A DNA stretch of 64,000 nucleotides. Origin: Octopus vulgaris (lineage: Eukaryota). Below the pieces are notes generated by a model that was given only the letters and a program-made list of their open reading frames with translations, did no database searches and had not been told where the DNA came from. The stretch is taken from contig OX597839.1 of the NCBI GenBank assembly GCA_951406725.2, forward strand, positions 10,726,001 through 10,790,000, read 5' to 3'. Both the position numbers and the translations under genes were made by a program. Positions 36,271 to 50,100 of the stretch are shown in pieces. The stretch's first letter is position 1, and every line of letters starts with the position of its first letter.

Positions 36271-39200
36271 TTCATGGGTCTCAAATCTTTATTGAAGCTG
36301 TGTCTAAACATTTTGATCCCTGGTCTTTGGTCTAAAATCATTATTGAAAATGGCTTTAAAGATTTAGATCACTGGCCTTCAGTTTAAAATCTGTATTGAA
36401 ACTATGTCCAAAGATTTAGACCTCCAGCCTTCGGGCTAAATTGCTTTGTGAAACTGTGTCCAAAGATTCAGATCACTGGCCTTCAGTCTAAAATCTATAT
36501 TCAACCTGTGTTTAAACATTTACTTCGCTGCTTTTGGGTCTAAACTGCTTTGTGAAACTGTCCAAAGATTCAAATCAGGGACCTCCAGGCTAAACTCTTT
36601 ACTAGCCTTGTTCTAAAATCTTTATTTAAAATGTATCGAAAGATTTAGATCACTGTCCTTCGATCTAAAATCTTATTAGATCCTGTGTCTAAAGATTTAG
36701 ATCACTGGACCTATGATCGAAAATCTTTATTGAAACTGTTTCTCAAGTTTTACATCACTGGCCTTGAGTCTAAAAATCTTCACTGAATCTGTGTCTAAAG
36801 ATATAGATTATTGGGCCTATGGTCGAAAATATGCAGTGAAACTGTGTCTCAACATTCATATCACTGGTATTCAGTCTAAAATATTACTTGGAACTGTGTC
36901 TAATGATTAGATAACTGGCTTCGTTCTGAAATCCTTATTGTAGCATTATGTAAAGAATTACATCACTGGCCTTGGGTTAAAATCCTTACTGAAACTGTGT
37001 CTAAATATTGAGATCACTTGGCCTTCAGTCGAAAATTTTTATTGAAACTATGTCTAAAGACTTACATCACTGGCTTTTGGTCTAAAATCTTTAGTGACCC
37101 TGTGTCTAAAGATTTCGTTCACTGGCCTTGGGTCTAAAATCTTTATAGAAACTGTGTCTAAAGATTTCGATCGCTGGCCTTGGGTCTAAAATCTTTATCG
37201 AAACTATGTCTAAAGATTTAGATTGCTTGCCTTAAGTCTAATGTCTTTAGTAACCCAGTGCTTAAAGATTTAGATCACTGGCTTTCGGTCTAAAATCCTT
37301 ATTGTAACTTAATGTAAAGATCTGCATCTCTGGCCTTGGGTCTGAAATCCCTACAGAAACTGTGTCTAAATATTAAGATCACCTGACCTCCGGTTGAAAA
37401 TTTTTATTGAAATTATATCTAAATATTTATTTCATTGCTTTTTGGTCTAAAATTATTAGTGACCCTGCGTGTAAAGATTTATAGAAACCGTGGCTAAAGT
37501 TTTAGATCGTTGGCCTTGGGTTTAAAATCTTTATTGAAATTGTGGATAAAGATTTTGATCACTGGCCTTTGATCTAAAATCTTTATTGAAACTTTGTCTA
37601 AAAACTTACGTCACTGGCTTTTGGTCTAAAATCTTTAGTGACCCTGTGTCTAAAGATTTCAATCACTGGCCTTGGGTCTAAAATCTTTATAGAAACTGTG
37701 TCTAAAGATTTTGATCGCTGGCCTTTGATCTAAAATATTTATTGAAACTATGTCTAAAGATTTAGATTGCTCGCCTTAAGTCTAATGTCTTTAGTAACCC
37801 AGTGCTTAAAGACTTAGATCACTGGCTTTGAATCAAAAATCTGTAGTGAAACTGTGTCTGAAGATTTACATCTCTGGCTTTTGGTTTAAAATCTTTATTG
37901 AAACTGTGTCTTAAGATTTAAATCACTTTCCTGTCTCTAAAATCCTAACTGAAGCTGTGCGTAAAGATTTCGATCGCTGCCTTTTGGTATAAAGTCATTA
38001 TTGAAACCATGTCTAAAGATTTCTATTACTGCCCTTTGGTCTAAAATGTTTATTGGAACTGTATCTAAAGATTTAGATCGCTGGCCTTCAGTCCAAAATT
38101 GTTAGTGACACTGTGTCCGAAGATTTAGATCGCTGGCCTTCGTTCTAAAATCTTTATTGAAACTGTGTCTAAACATTTAGATGACTGGCCTTGAGGCTAA
38201 AATCCTTAATGAATCTGTGTCTAAAGAGTTAAATCACTGACATTGTGTCTAAGGTCTATAGTTTAACGCTGTCTAAAGATTTAGATCACTGACCTTGGAT
38301 CTAAAATCTTTATTGAAACTGTCCAATGATTCAAATCGGTGACCTCCAGTCTAAACTCTTTACTGAGTCTATGTCTAAAGATTTAGATCGCTGGTCTTGG
38401 CTAAAATATTTATTAAAATAGGGTCTAAAGATTAGATCACTGGCCTTTGTTCTAAAATCCTTAGTGAATTTCTGTCCAAAGATTCAGATCACTAGCCTTC
38501 ACTGTAAAATCTTGATTGAAACTGTGTCTAAAGATGTAGCCAGCTGGCCTCAGGTCTAAAATCTTTATTGAAACAGTTTCTAAAGACTTATATCACTCAC
38601 CTTCACTCTAGAATTAGATAGCTGGCCTTTGGTCTAAAATATTTATTGAAACTTGGTCTAAATGTTTAGATCACTGGTCTTAGGATTAAAATTTTTAGTG
38701 AAACTGTGAAGATTCAGATCACTGGCCTTGGGTCGAAAGTCGTTTTTTAAATTGTGTCAAAATATATTGATTGCTGGTCTTGGGTTTTAAATCTTTGTTG
38801 ATATATCATCTAAAGATTTAGATCACTCGCTTTCTGTCTAAAATCTTTAGTGAAGCTGTGTATAAAGATTTAGATCACTGGCCTTGAGTCTAGAATCCGT
38901 ATTGAAACTGTGTCTAAAGATTTAGATCACTAGCCTTTGGTCTTAAATTCTTAGTGAAACTGTGTCCAAAGATTGAGATCGCTAGCCTTTGATCTAAAAT
39001 TTTTATTGAAACTGTGCCTTAAGATTTATATCACTGAGATCTTTAGTGCAACTGTAAAATTTAGATCGCTGGCCTTCGATCAAAAATCTTTATTTATACC
39101 ATGTCCAAAGATTTTGATCACTAACTTTCGGTCTAAAATCTTTATTGAAATTGTGTCTAATGACTTAGATCACTGGCCTTGTGTCTACAATCTTTTGTGA

Positions 39201-42200
39201 CACTGTCTAAAGATTTAAATTGATGGCCTTTTATCTAACATCCTTAGTCAAACTGTGTCTAAAAAGTTAAATCACTGACCTTGTGTCTAAGGTCTTTAGA
39301 CTATCTGTGTCTAAAGATTTAGATTGCTGGCCTTGGATTTAAATCCTTAGAGAAACTGTGTCTAAAGATTCAGATCATTGGTCTTCAGAATAAAATCTCT
39401 ATTAGCCCTGTGTCTAAAAATTTTAATCGCTGGCCTTTGGTCTAAAATCTGTATTGAAACTGTGAATAAACATTTATATCACTGGCTTTTGGTCTAAATC
39501 CTTACTGATTCTGTGTCTAAAGAGTTAGATCACTGACCTTGGGTCTAATGTCTTTAATATAACCGTATCTAAAGATTTAAAACATTGACCTTCTATGTAA
39601 AATCTTTATTGACACTGTATCTACAGATTGAGGTCGCTGGCCTTCGGTCTAAAATTTTTATTTAAACAGCATCTAAGGATATAGATGTCGGGCTTTCAGC
39701 CTAAAATCTTTGATGAAACTGAGCCTGAAGATTTAGATCACTGGTCTTATGTTTCAAATCTATACTGAAACTGTGTCTAAAGAGTTAGGTCACTGAACTT
39801 GGGTCTGAGATCTAGAGTGAAACTGTATCTAAAGATCTAGATCACTGGCCTTGGGTCTAGAATCATTATTGAAACTGTGTCTAAAGATTCAGATTACTGG
39901 CTTTCGGTCTAAAATCTTTATTGTAACGCCATGGGTCTAAGATGATAAAGATTTAGATCGCTAACATTGGGACTCAAACCCTTAGTGAAACTGTGTCTAA
40001 AGATTTGCATTGTTGGCCTTCAGTCTAAAATCTTTATTGAAGTTGTGTCTAAAGATTTTGGTCGCTGACCTTCGGTCTAAAATTGAAACTGTGCCCAAAG
40101 ATTTAGATCATTGGCTTATGGTTGAAATCTTTATTGAAACTGTGTCTAAAGATTCAGATCCCTTGCCTTGGTTTTGAAAGCCCTGTGAAAACTGTATCTA
40201 AAGATTTTGATCACTAGCCTTCGCTCTAAATTTTTTATTGAAATTGTGTCTAATGATTTCTCTCACTGGCCTTGGGTCAAAAATCTTTGTTGAAAATGTC
40301 ACTAAAGATTTAGATCGCTGGCCATCGGTCTAAATTTTATTAAAACTATGTCTAAAGATTTAGATCACTGGCCTTTTGTCTGAAATTTTTATTGAATCTC
40401 TCTAAAGATCACTGCTCTCCGGTTTAAAATCTTTCCCGAATCTCTTCCTTCATTAGCCTTGGAGCTAAAATCTTCATTGAATCTATGACCAAAGGTTTAG
40501 CTCACTGGCCATGGATCTAAAATCTTTAATGACACTATGCCTAAAAATTCAGATTGCTGGCCTGGGGCTAAAATCTATTGATATTGAGTCAAAAGATTCA
40601 GACCGCTGACATTCGGCCTACATTCTTTATTCAGTCTATGTCTAACGATTTAAATCTCTGGTCTTGCATCTAAAATCTTTAATAAAATGGTGTCTAAAGA
40701 CTCAGATCCCTGGCCTTGGGACTAAAATCTTTATTGATATTGTGTCTAAAGATTTAGATCACTAGCCTTAAACCTAAAATCTTTAGTGACACTCTCTAAA
40801 GATTCAGATCGCTGGCCTTGGGTCTAAAATCCTTAGTGAAACTGAGTTTAAAGATTTAGACCTCTTGCCTTTCGTCTAAAATTTTTGAAACTGTGTCTTA
40901 AGATTTAGATCACTGGGCTTGCATCTAGAATCTTTATTAAAACTGTGTTTAAAGGTTTAGTTTCCTGGCCTTGTGTCTAAATCTCTATTAAAGCTGTTTC
41001 TAAAGAATTGGATAGCTGGCCTTTGGTCTAAAATATTTATTGAAACAATGTCTAAATATCTAGGTCACTGGTCTTAGGTATAAAATCTTTAGTGAAACTG
41101 TGTCTAAAGATTTAGACCGCTGGCCTTCGGTCTAAAATCATTACTGAAGCTGTGTCTAAAGATTCAGATCAATGGACTTCGGTCTATTATCTCTTGTGAA
41201 GCAGTAACTAGAGGCTTAGATCACTGGCCTTCGGACTCAGATCTCTTCTGAAATTGTGTCTAAAGGTTTAGATTACTGGCCTTTGGTTCAAAATCTCTTG
41301 CGAAGCACCGCCTAAAGAATTAGATCCCTGCCTTTGAACTTATATCTCTAGTAAAGCACTGGCCTTCTGTCTTAAATCTCTCATGAAGCAGTATCTAGAG
41401 ATTTAGATCACTGGAGTTTGGCCTATAATCTCTTGTGAAATTGTGTCTAAAGATTTAGATTACTGGCCTTCGATCTAAAATCTCTAGTGATTCAGCATCT
41501 AAAAATGTGATAGAGGCCTTTGGCTTTAAATCTCTAGTGAAATACTGTCTAAAGATTTAGATGACAGACCTTTGTACTAAAATCGATACTGAAGCAGTCT
41601 CTAGAGATTTTGATGATTGACCTTTGGTGTTAAATCTCTAGTGAAGCAACGTCTAAAGATTTACATCAGTGGCTTTCGGTCTTAAATCTTTTGTAAAATT
41701 GTGTCTAAAGTTTTAGATGACTGGCTTTTGGTCTAATATTTCTAGTGAAACAATATTTAGAGATTTCGCTGTCTGTCCTTCGCTGTTAAATGTCTAGTGA
41801 TGCAGTGTTTAAAGATTTAGAACACTGATCTTTGGGCTAAAATCTCCAAGGAAGCAATGTCTATGGCCTTAGATCATCGGTGTTCAGTTTTAATTCTCTC
41901 ATGAAACAGCATCTAAAGATTTAGATCACTGCCCTTAATTTTTTAAATCTGTTGTAAAATTCTGTCTAAAGACTTAGACAACTGGCCTTTGATAAAAAAA
42001 ATCTTTAGTTAAGCAAAGTCTACAGATTTGGATCAGTGCCCTTTAGATTTAAATTTCTTGTCAAACAGAGTCTAAAAATTTAGATCACCGGTCTTCGGTC
42101 TTAAATCAGCATTGAAACATTTAGATTACTGCCTTTCATTTTTAAATCTCTTGTGAAATTGTGTCTAAAGACTTAGATGACTGGCTATTGATCGAAAATC

Positions 42201-44014
42201 TCTAGTTAAGCAACATCTAAATATTCAGATCAATGCCTTTCGGTCTTAAATCTCTAGTCAATTAACGTCGAAAGACTTAGGTCACTGCCCTTCGGTCTTA
42301 AATGTTATGTGAAATTGTGTCTAATGATTTAGGTTACTGGTCTTTGCTCTAAAATCTCGTGAAACTAGAGATTTAGGACACTGGCCTTCGGTCTTAAATC
42401 TTTGGTGAAATTGTGTCTAAAGATTTAGATGATAGGCCCTTAGACTAATGTTGCTACTGAAGCAGTGTCTAGAAATTTCAACAACTGCCTTCGGTCTTAA
42501 ATCTGTAGTGACCTAACGTCGAAATATTTATATCACTGGCCTTCGGTCTTAAACCTCTTGTGGAATTGTGTGTACAGATCTCGATGACAGGCCTTTGGTC
42601 TAAAATCTCTGGTGAAACAGCGTTTTAAGATTTAGATCACTGCTCTTCGTAATTGAATCTCTTGTGAAATTGTATCGAAGTTTTAGATCATTGGCCTTCG
42701 GTCTAAAATCTCTAGTGAAGCAGTGTCTAAAGAATTAGATCACTGGTGTTCGGTCTTAAATCTCCAGTGAAGCAACGTTTAAAGATTTAGATCCCTTGAC
42801 TAAAATCTAATAAAGCAGTGTCTAAAGATGTATATCACTGCCTTTGGTCTTAAATCTCTAGTGAAGCAGCATCTAAAGATTTAAATCACTGTCCTTCATT
42901 TTCAAATCTCTTGTGAAAATATGTCTAAAGTCTTAGATGACTGGCCTTTGGTCTAATATCTCTAGTTAAGCAACGTCTGGAGACTTAGATCACTGGCCTT
43001 TAAATCTGTAGTGAATTAGTGTCTAAAGATTTAGATCACTCCTCTTCGGTCTTAAATCTCTGGTGAAATTATGTCTAATGATTTAGATGATTGGCCTTCG
43101 GTCTCAAATCTGTTGTGAGACAGTTTCTAGAGAATTAGATCACTGGCGTATCGCCTAATGATGTTACTTAGACTATGTCTAAAGACTGTCCTTGGATCTA
43201 GAATCGCTAATGAAACTGAGCCTAAATATTTAAATCACCATCGATGTATCGAAGCACCCTCGTGAAACTATGTATGTTTGTTTTTGTTTTTGTCAATGAG
43301 CCTTTGTCTAAATGTGCGATTAAAACTGTGTCCAAGAAATGCCTTGTATAAAATCTCTAGTGAGTCTGTGCCGAAAGGTCTAGATCACACTCCCTGAATT
43401 CAAAGATTTATGTAACTGAACTTGAGTCTGACATATCGAGTGAATTTGTGTCAAAAGATTTACATCACTGGTCCCCGGGGTCACATATCTCTAGTGAGAT
43501 TTGAATTACTGGTCTTCAGTTTAAAATCATTCGATAATCCATCGCTTAGGATTTAGACCTCTTGCTTTTGGAACAAAATCTGCTGTGAAACTGAGTCTAA
43601 AGATTTAGATCACTGGCCTTGTTAAGATGCAAATCGCTTGTGAAACTCTGTCTAATGACTTAACTATGTCTAAAGATTTAGATAACCAGCCTTTGGGTCA
43701 GGCCTGTGATCAAAAGATTTAAATCACTGGCATAAGGCCCACAAACTGGAGTGCAATTGTTTGTAAAATATAGACCTCTGGTATCTCTTATAATTAAGGA
43801 TCACTGGTTTAAAGTTAAAAATTTCTCACCAAACAGTATCTAGCAATTTACATTAATGTACATTTACTGGCCCGAAATCCAAAATTCCCAATTTTACTGT
43901 GTCTGAAGATAAAAATTATTGGCGCTTTTAAGTGGATGTATGTTTAAAAATTCACATCTGAAAACCGATATCACTGGCCTGAGTTCAATATCTTTGTTGG
44001 AACATTGTCTAAAT

Positions 44015-44233
44015 CAGTGCTTTTCAAACTTTTTGCTGGAGCGGAACCCCAAGAAAACATTCCACTGGCTCGAGGAACCCCTGTGCAATAATTTAATAAT
44101 CTTATGCACACATATCTGCACAGGAGAATTAAAATTTACTGCCGATTTTAGCAGTTTTGTAACTTCTTGCAGAACCCCTGGACTGTACTGGCAGAACCCT
44201 AAGGTTCCGCGGAACCCTGGTTGAAAACCACTG
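44015..44233 (+). mobile_element. hAT-Charlie-type MITE, 219 bp
   Basis: TIRs CAGTGCTTTTCAAAC / GGTTGAAAACCACTG (13/15); perfect 8-bp TSD GTCTAAAT at 44007-44014 and 44234-44241; internal GGAACCC repeats. Confidence 0.95.
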
Positions 44234-44485
44234 GTCTAAATGATTAAGATATTGTTCTGAGGTTTAAAATCCCCAGTGAATTTTAGGTCTGCAGACTTAG
44301 GTCACTGATCTGAGTATGTCACTGTATCTAAATGTTTATATTGATGGCCTGAGGTTTAAAATCGCTTCGAAGTTGTGTCGAAATTTAGATCGATCTTTTG
44401 AAACTATTATTTCAAGATGGATATTAAAATTATATCGCAAAATTTTCATGTCAATCCTCTGCTCTAAAAACAACAAAAAAACAGC

Positions 44486-45248
<763 letters not shown>

Positions 45249-45547
45249 GTATGTTTTTAAACATAACCACAGTATCGATTTTAGACTTCTTGGTTATTGA
45301 TATAAAGCTTTAAACCCAGTCTCGCCAGTGACGTTGGGCTTCTGGTCAATGATCGAAGTATTTAAGTCAGTCTCGGTAGGTATTAACACAGTGTCACTGC
45401 AGATATGAGACATCAAGTTAAAATGGTTGTTCAGGTGGCCGCACATAAGATTTTGCATCGATCCAATGATGTAAGCATTTAGACAGATTCCCACATGGAC
45501 ATTGAGAATTCTGGCCAGTTTTTTTGTTTTGTTTTTTAACTTATAAA

Positions 45548-45750
45548 CATCATCATCATCATCATCATCGTTTAGCATCCGTTTTCCATGCTAGCATGGG
45601 TTGGATGGTTCAACCGGGTTCTGGGAAGCCAGGAGGCTGCACCAGGCCCAGTCTGATCTGGCAATGTTTCTATGTCTGGATGCCCTTCCTAACGCCAACC
45701 ACTCTATGAGTGTAGTGGCTGCTTTTTACGTGCCACCGGCACAGGGGCAT
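45548..45750 (-). mobile_element. RTE-related SINE family F, copy 2
   Basis: Matches 27979-28170. Confidence 0.82.
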
Positions 45751-45816
45751 AGATTCTTAAATGATCCTGTGGGATAAATATTGGCTTCAAAATTTTTGCA
45801 CAATGTATACATACAA

Positions 45817-45851
<35 letters not shown>

Positions 45852-45859
45852 CACACACA

Positions 45860-46010
45860 TACGACGGGCTTCTTTCAGTTTCCATCTACCAAATCCACTC
45901 ACAAGGCTTTGATCGGCCCGAGGCTAAAGTAGAAGACACTTGCCCAAGGTACCACGCAGTGGAACTGAACCTGGAACCATGTGGTTGGTAAGCAAGCTGT
46001 TTACCACACA
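45860..46010 (-). mobile_element. SINE family A, 5' half
   Basis: ACGACGGGCTTCTTTCAGTTTCC...TTACCACAC. Confidence 0.88.
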
Positions 46011-46014
46011 GGGA

Positions 46015-46390
46015 CCACTATTTAACTAAAGAACTGCGTGCATGCATGCATCAGCCTGCTGCCTCCTACCTCATAGCTATCCATCGCATGTGCTGGTTCG
46101 CACATGTCCCCTGTTTCCCGCTAGTTCATGTTACTAGGGCTTTACTCTCCTTCAGCATAGCAGCTGCAGGATGGAAGAGGCCTCGTGGCAGGTGCTGCGC
46201 CAGACAAGTGGACGTGATTAAGGAAGATCTTCAGAGGATCAGCGACACCTTGGAGGATGCAGAGAGACTGACATGGGACCGCCAGCGATGGAGAGCACTG
46301 GTGGACCTGATCGGCTTTATGCGTGATGACGTCTCCGGGACCTGGGATGACCCCAGTCCCATCAAACAAGCGCATGAAGCAAGCAAGGCT
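46015..46390 (+). pseudogene. RTE-clade LINE ORF2 3' end
   Basis: RMCWFAHV...GWKRPRGR...DVIKEDL...DRQRWRALV matches the RTE C-terminal consensus RLRWFGHV..RPRGRP..W.D..DL..DR..WR; (CAAG)-like tail. Confidence 0.85.
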
Positions 46391-46754
46391 ATTTGACACT
46401 TCAAGCCAGTTAGCTATCTATTTGAATACAATCTTACTACCGATTTCATCTAAAATCACAGAACTTTTCTCACAAAAGATCCGCTCATTTAAGCACTTAC
46501 GCTCTGACCTTTGATTTGAGACACCAATAAATTAGGGATTTATACCCCACTGTGGCTATCTAAAAATTAAAATACTCTCAAAATATAAATTTTATATCAA
46601 AGGCCTGTGATCCAAAGTTTTAAATGCAGTTGAACTAGAAATTTGATACCTCTTTAAGCAGGATTGAAATCTAGATTTCACATCTCTGACCAGTAATATT
46701 ATTTACATACAGATGAACATGAGAGTTCGCATTTCAGTCCACTTTATCTATAGA

Positions 46755-47145
46755 CTAGCAGTATCGCCCGGCGTTGCTCAGGTTTGCTTCGACCCTTTTG
46801 AATTGAAATTTTTGAAAAGTAAAAATTTTGCATTATGTAGCTTGTTATTCTCTTTAAGTGAACATTTTTCTGGTTGAAATACACCGAAAAATGGCGACAC
46901 AGCAGTCAAAAAATCGTAAAAAATAGGGATTTTCATAGAAAAAAAAGCACCTTTTTGATGTAAATTTTTTGGGGTTTTAACATGGTCCGATTTGAATTTT
47001 ATCTTCTAAGGAATGAAGAGCAAGCCTTCTTCTATCATACTCTCAATTTTGGTCAACTTGCGTCGCAGTGTCTCGGAGAAGATAGTGTTAGTTGAAGGCT
47101 ACCAAACCTGCCAAACACAGACAACTTCAGCTTTATATATATAGA
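46755..47145 (-). mobile_element. non-autonomous Helitron, copy 3
   Basis: Same TC...hairpin-CTAG ends and A|T target as 4569-4952. Confidence 0.9.
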
Positions 47146-50100
47146 TTATATCGCAGTCGAATTAAGGTTTCCATACTGTTAGAGGAGATCTGAGGTGCTT
47201 GATAGATTTCGTTTCGAAGTTTTCTACCACCATCCAGCAATCTTTAAACTCTGTTGTCCAAGCGAATTGTTACCTGATCTAAGGATTTAAAAACAGTGTT
47301 TGTTAGAATTAGAAGCTTCAGATCAGTGATGTATAGATTTAAACTGGATTAAACTAAAGATTTGAAGCTTCAGGGCAATGATGTATAAATTAAAACTTTG
47401 TTAAACTAGAGATTTGAAACCTCAAGGCAATGCTCTATAAATTTAAACTCAGTTGAACTAGAGACTTGATACATGAGGTCAATTACTTTCTGGTGCATGT
47501 TTTGGTTCACTGCGTTCTGATTTCAAACCGCGTTGCGGTCAACTTTGAGCTTTATCCTTTGTGTGCAATAAAAAGATATACAAATTGAAGGTGTATGATT
47601 GTAGAAGTTGCTAGAACCATCTAGCAAAATATTATACAGTCTTAGTGGTCTGAGTTATTGCGTTGTAAACTTAATTCATCGTCCACTTTTGCACCTACAC
47701 CTCATTTACAGTTCCTTTGGCGGAATTCACACTGTTACAAGCATTCGGGTCACATCTATGATTTGAATATAATTTCCTCCTTCCTCTGATCAAGCTACAT
47801 ATCGCAGAAAAAAATTTAATGCTCACTATCTTTCCTTCGTTGACTAAACGTGAAAAAACTAACGAGGGTTTTATAGATCAAACCAGTAATCCAAATATTT
47901 AGACACAATTGCCCAAGAGATTTGAAACTTGAACGCCTATGATCAGAGGATTTAGACATTATTAAACAAGGGATTAAAACTTAATTTATATATACATAAT
48001 TTATATATATAATTTTCTTATATATTCACAAGAGGTTTGAAACCTAAAGTCAGTTTTCTAAATATTAATACACAGTCTCGAAGGATGTTTTAAATTAAAA
48101 GCTTGAAATCTAAGAATATTTGCTACAATCTCTTGTAATAACATGAGACTGAGAATCAGTTCCATATACTTTCACACAGTCTAAAAATTTGAGACGTAAT
48201 TAAGTGATTTGGGATCGATTAATTTAGATGCAAAATTACCTGTAGGAATTACAACCATGTTTCGTGGTCTGCTACCACAACAGCTCCTTTATAGGATCCA
48301 GTTAGCTTAAGACATCATCAGGAGGAACCACGTCTGGTTTCGGCCCCTACTCCTCTACCGTTTTGACATGGTGCACCCCCACCCCCACCCTTTCGGTGTT
48401 GGGTGCATGTCTTCTTTCTTCTTTTCCCTGGCCTCTTTGATGTATTGTCAGCAAGTGTCAGCCGGTGACTGAATGACTTGTCAAATTTTTCCCTTTAAAT
48501 ACCTGCCGCTAGGCTCCAGCAGGCAGCCCCAGAAAGTTATCACATGGCACTGTCTCACCTTAACTGACAAGTGAAGGTGTGTTGTTTTGGCCCATGCATT
48601 CTCTAAACAACCGTCACCTGTCAGTCAGCGAAGCTGATTCAGTATCAGTTTGTCTCTGAGTAAGCAGGTATTTTGAAAACACTACATAGTTACGGGCTAC
48701 CCTTCGACAAGGTATAGCATCCATTCAGCCACCCTCTCAGAGAGACGGCAAAGTCGTAAGACTGCAGCATGGTGGTTTGTGGAGAGGAAGCGGAAGAGCT
48801 CAACTGAGCCAACAGTATTTCATACATTACTGCTGAGCAGAAGAATCGTAGAAGGTCAATAGTCAGGAACTCCAATCTCTATCAAGAGAGTAATTGCAAC
48901 GCATCCATAAGGGTGGCATCCATGGTTGTGTAATCAGCTAATGAAAGATTCCACTATGACTCAAACTGCCCAATTCAAATCTATAAATGAATTAGATGGT
49001 GACATGGAGTCATGGGAATCCGCGAAAAAGCAATTTAGATGCAGATTTACTTGGATTTTAAACATTACGAAATAGATTCAAATCTCTAGAGAGAATGTGA
49101 CTTTGGATAAAAGATTTAAGGCTAGTGATATAAAGGTTTAGTCACTCGGATTTAAGAGTGAAAACTAGCGATATGAGACTTAAGCCAGCAAGCTAAATGT
49201 TTAGAAGCTTACCCAACAGGGAATTGGGTCATAATGCCACTGATGTAAACCTTTATACACAATCTCACCAAGGCCAACGATCAAAATCTTTAGTCAGTAT
49301 CTCACTCGGGACTTGAGACTTATGGCCAGTGATAAAAATTGTTGACACTCTCACAGGAGAATTGAGACTTAAAACCAGGGATACAAATGTTCAAACTTCC
49401 TCTCACTATAAATTTAAGACAAAAGGCCAGGGATCAAAATGTTTTGACGCTGTCTCATGGGAGTCTTGAGACTTAAAGTCAATGATCAAAACCATTAGAC
49501 ACTGTCTCACTATGGATTTGAGACTTTTAGCCAGTGATGTAAAATATTAGGTGCAGTCTCAATAGGTATTTGAGAATGGGCCAGTGACATAAACCTTAAG
49601 ATATTATCACAATGAAGTTTTGAGACTTAAGACTAGAGGTCAATATTTATAAGCATTATCAAAATAAAGACTTGAGAATTAAGGCCAGTGATTTAAATAT
49701 TTTGTCATTGTTTCTCTACAGATTTGTGACTCAAACCCACTGATAGAAACCTTGAGACACTACCTCATTGGGATGCTGAGACTTTATACCAGTGATCACT
49801 TTTAACACTGGCTAGCTGTGGATTTGAGATAATCCTAGAATTATCTTTGACTGGGGATTTGAGACTTAAGACCCGTTATCTAATTCTTCATACTCTATCT
49901 TACTAAGCATTTGAACCTTAACTCTTTAGACTCAAGATTACTAAGGATTAACTATTGAAAGCTATGGATAAAAATGTTTACACACTAATTACGGATTTGA
50001 GACTTAAAGCCAGTGGTCAATATCTTTAGACACTGTCTTAAAAGGTGGTTGAGATTTAAGGCCAGTAAAGAAGATTTTAAGACACTAACTTCCTAGAGAT

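Larger units (their letters stand above)
29570..44470 (+). repeat. 52-bp satellite array, block 1
   Basis: Tandem monomers of TGTGTCTAAAGATTTAGATCACTGGCCTTGGGTCTAAAATCTTTATTGAAAC; roughly 280 monomers by length. Confidence 0.97.
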
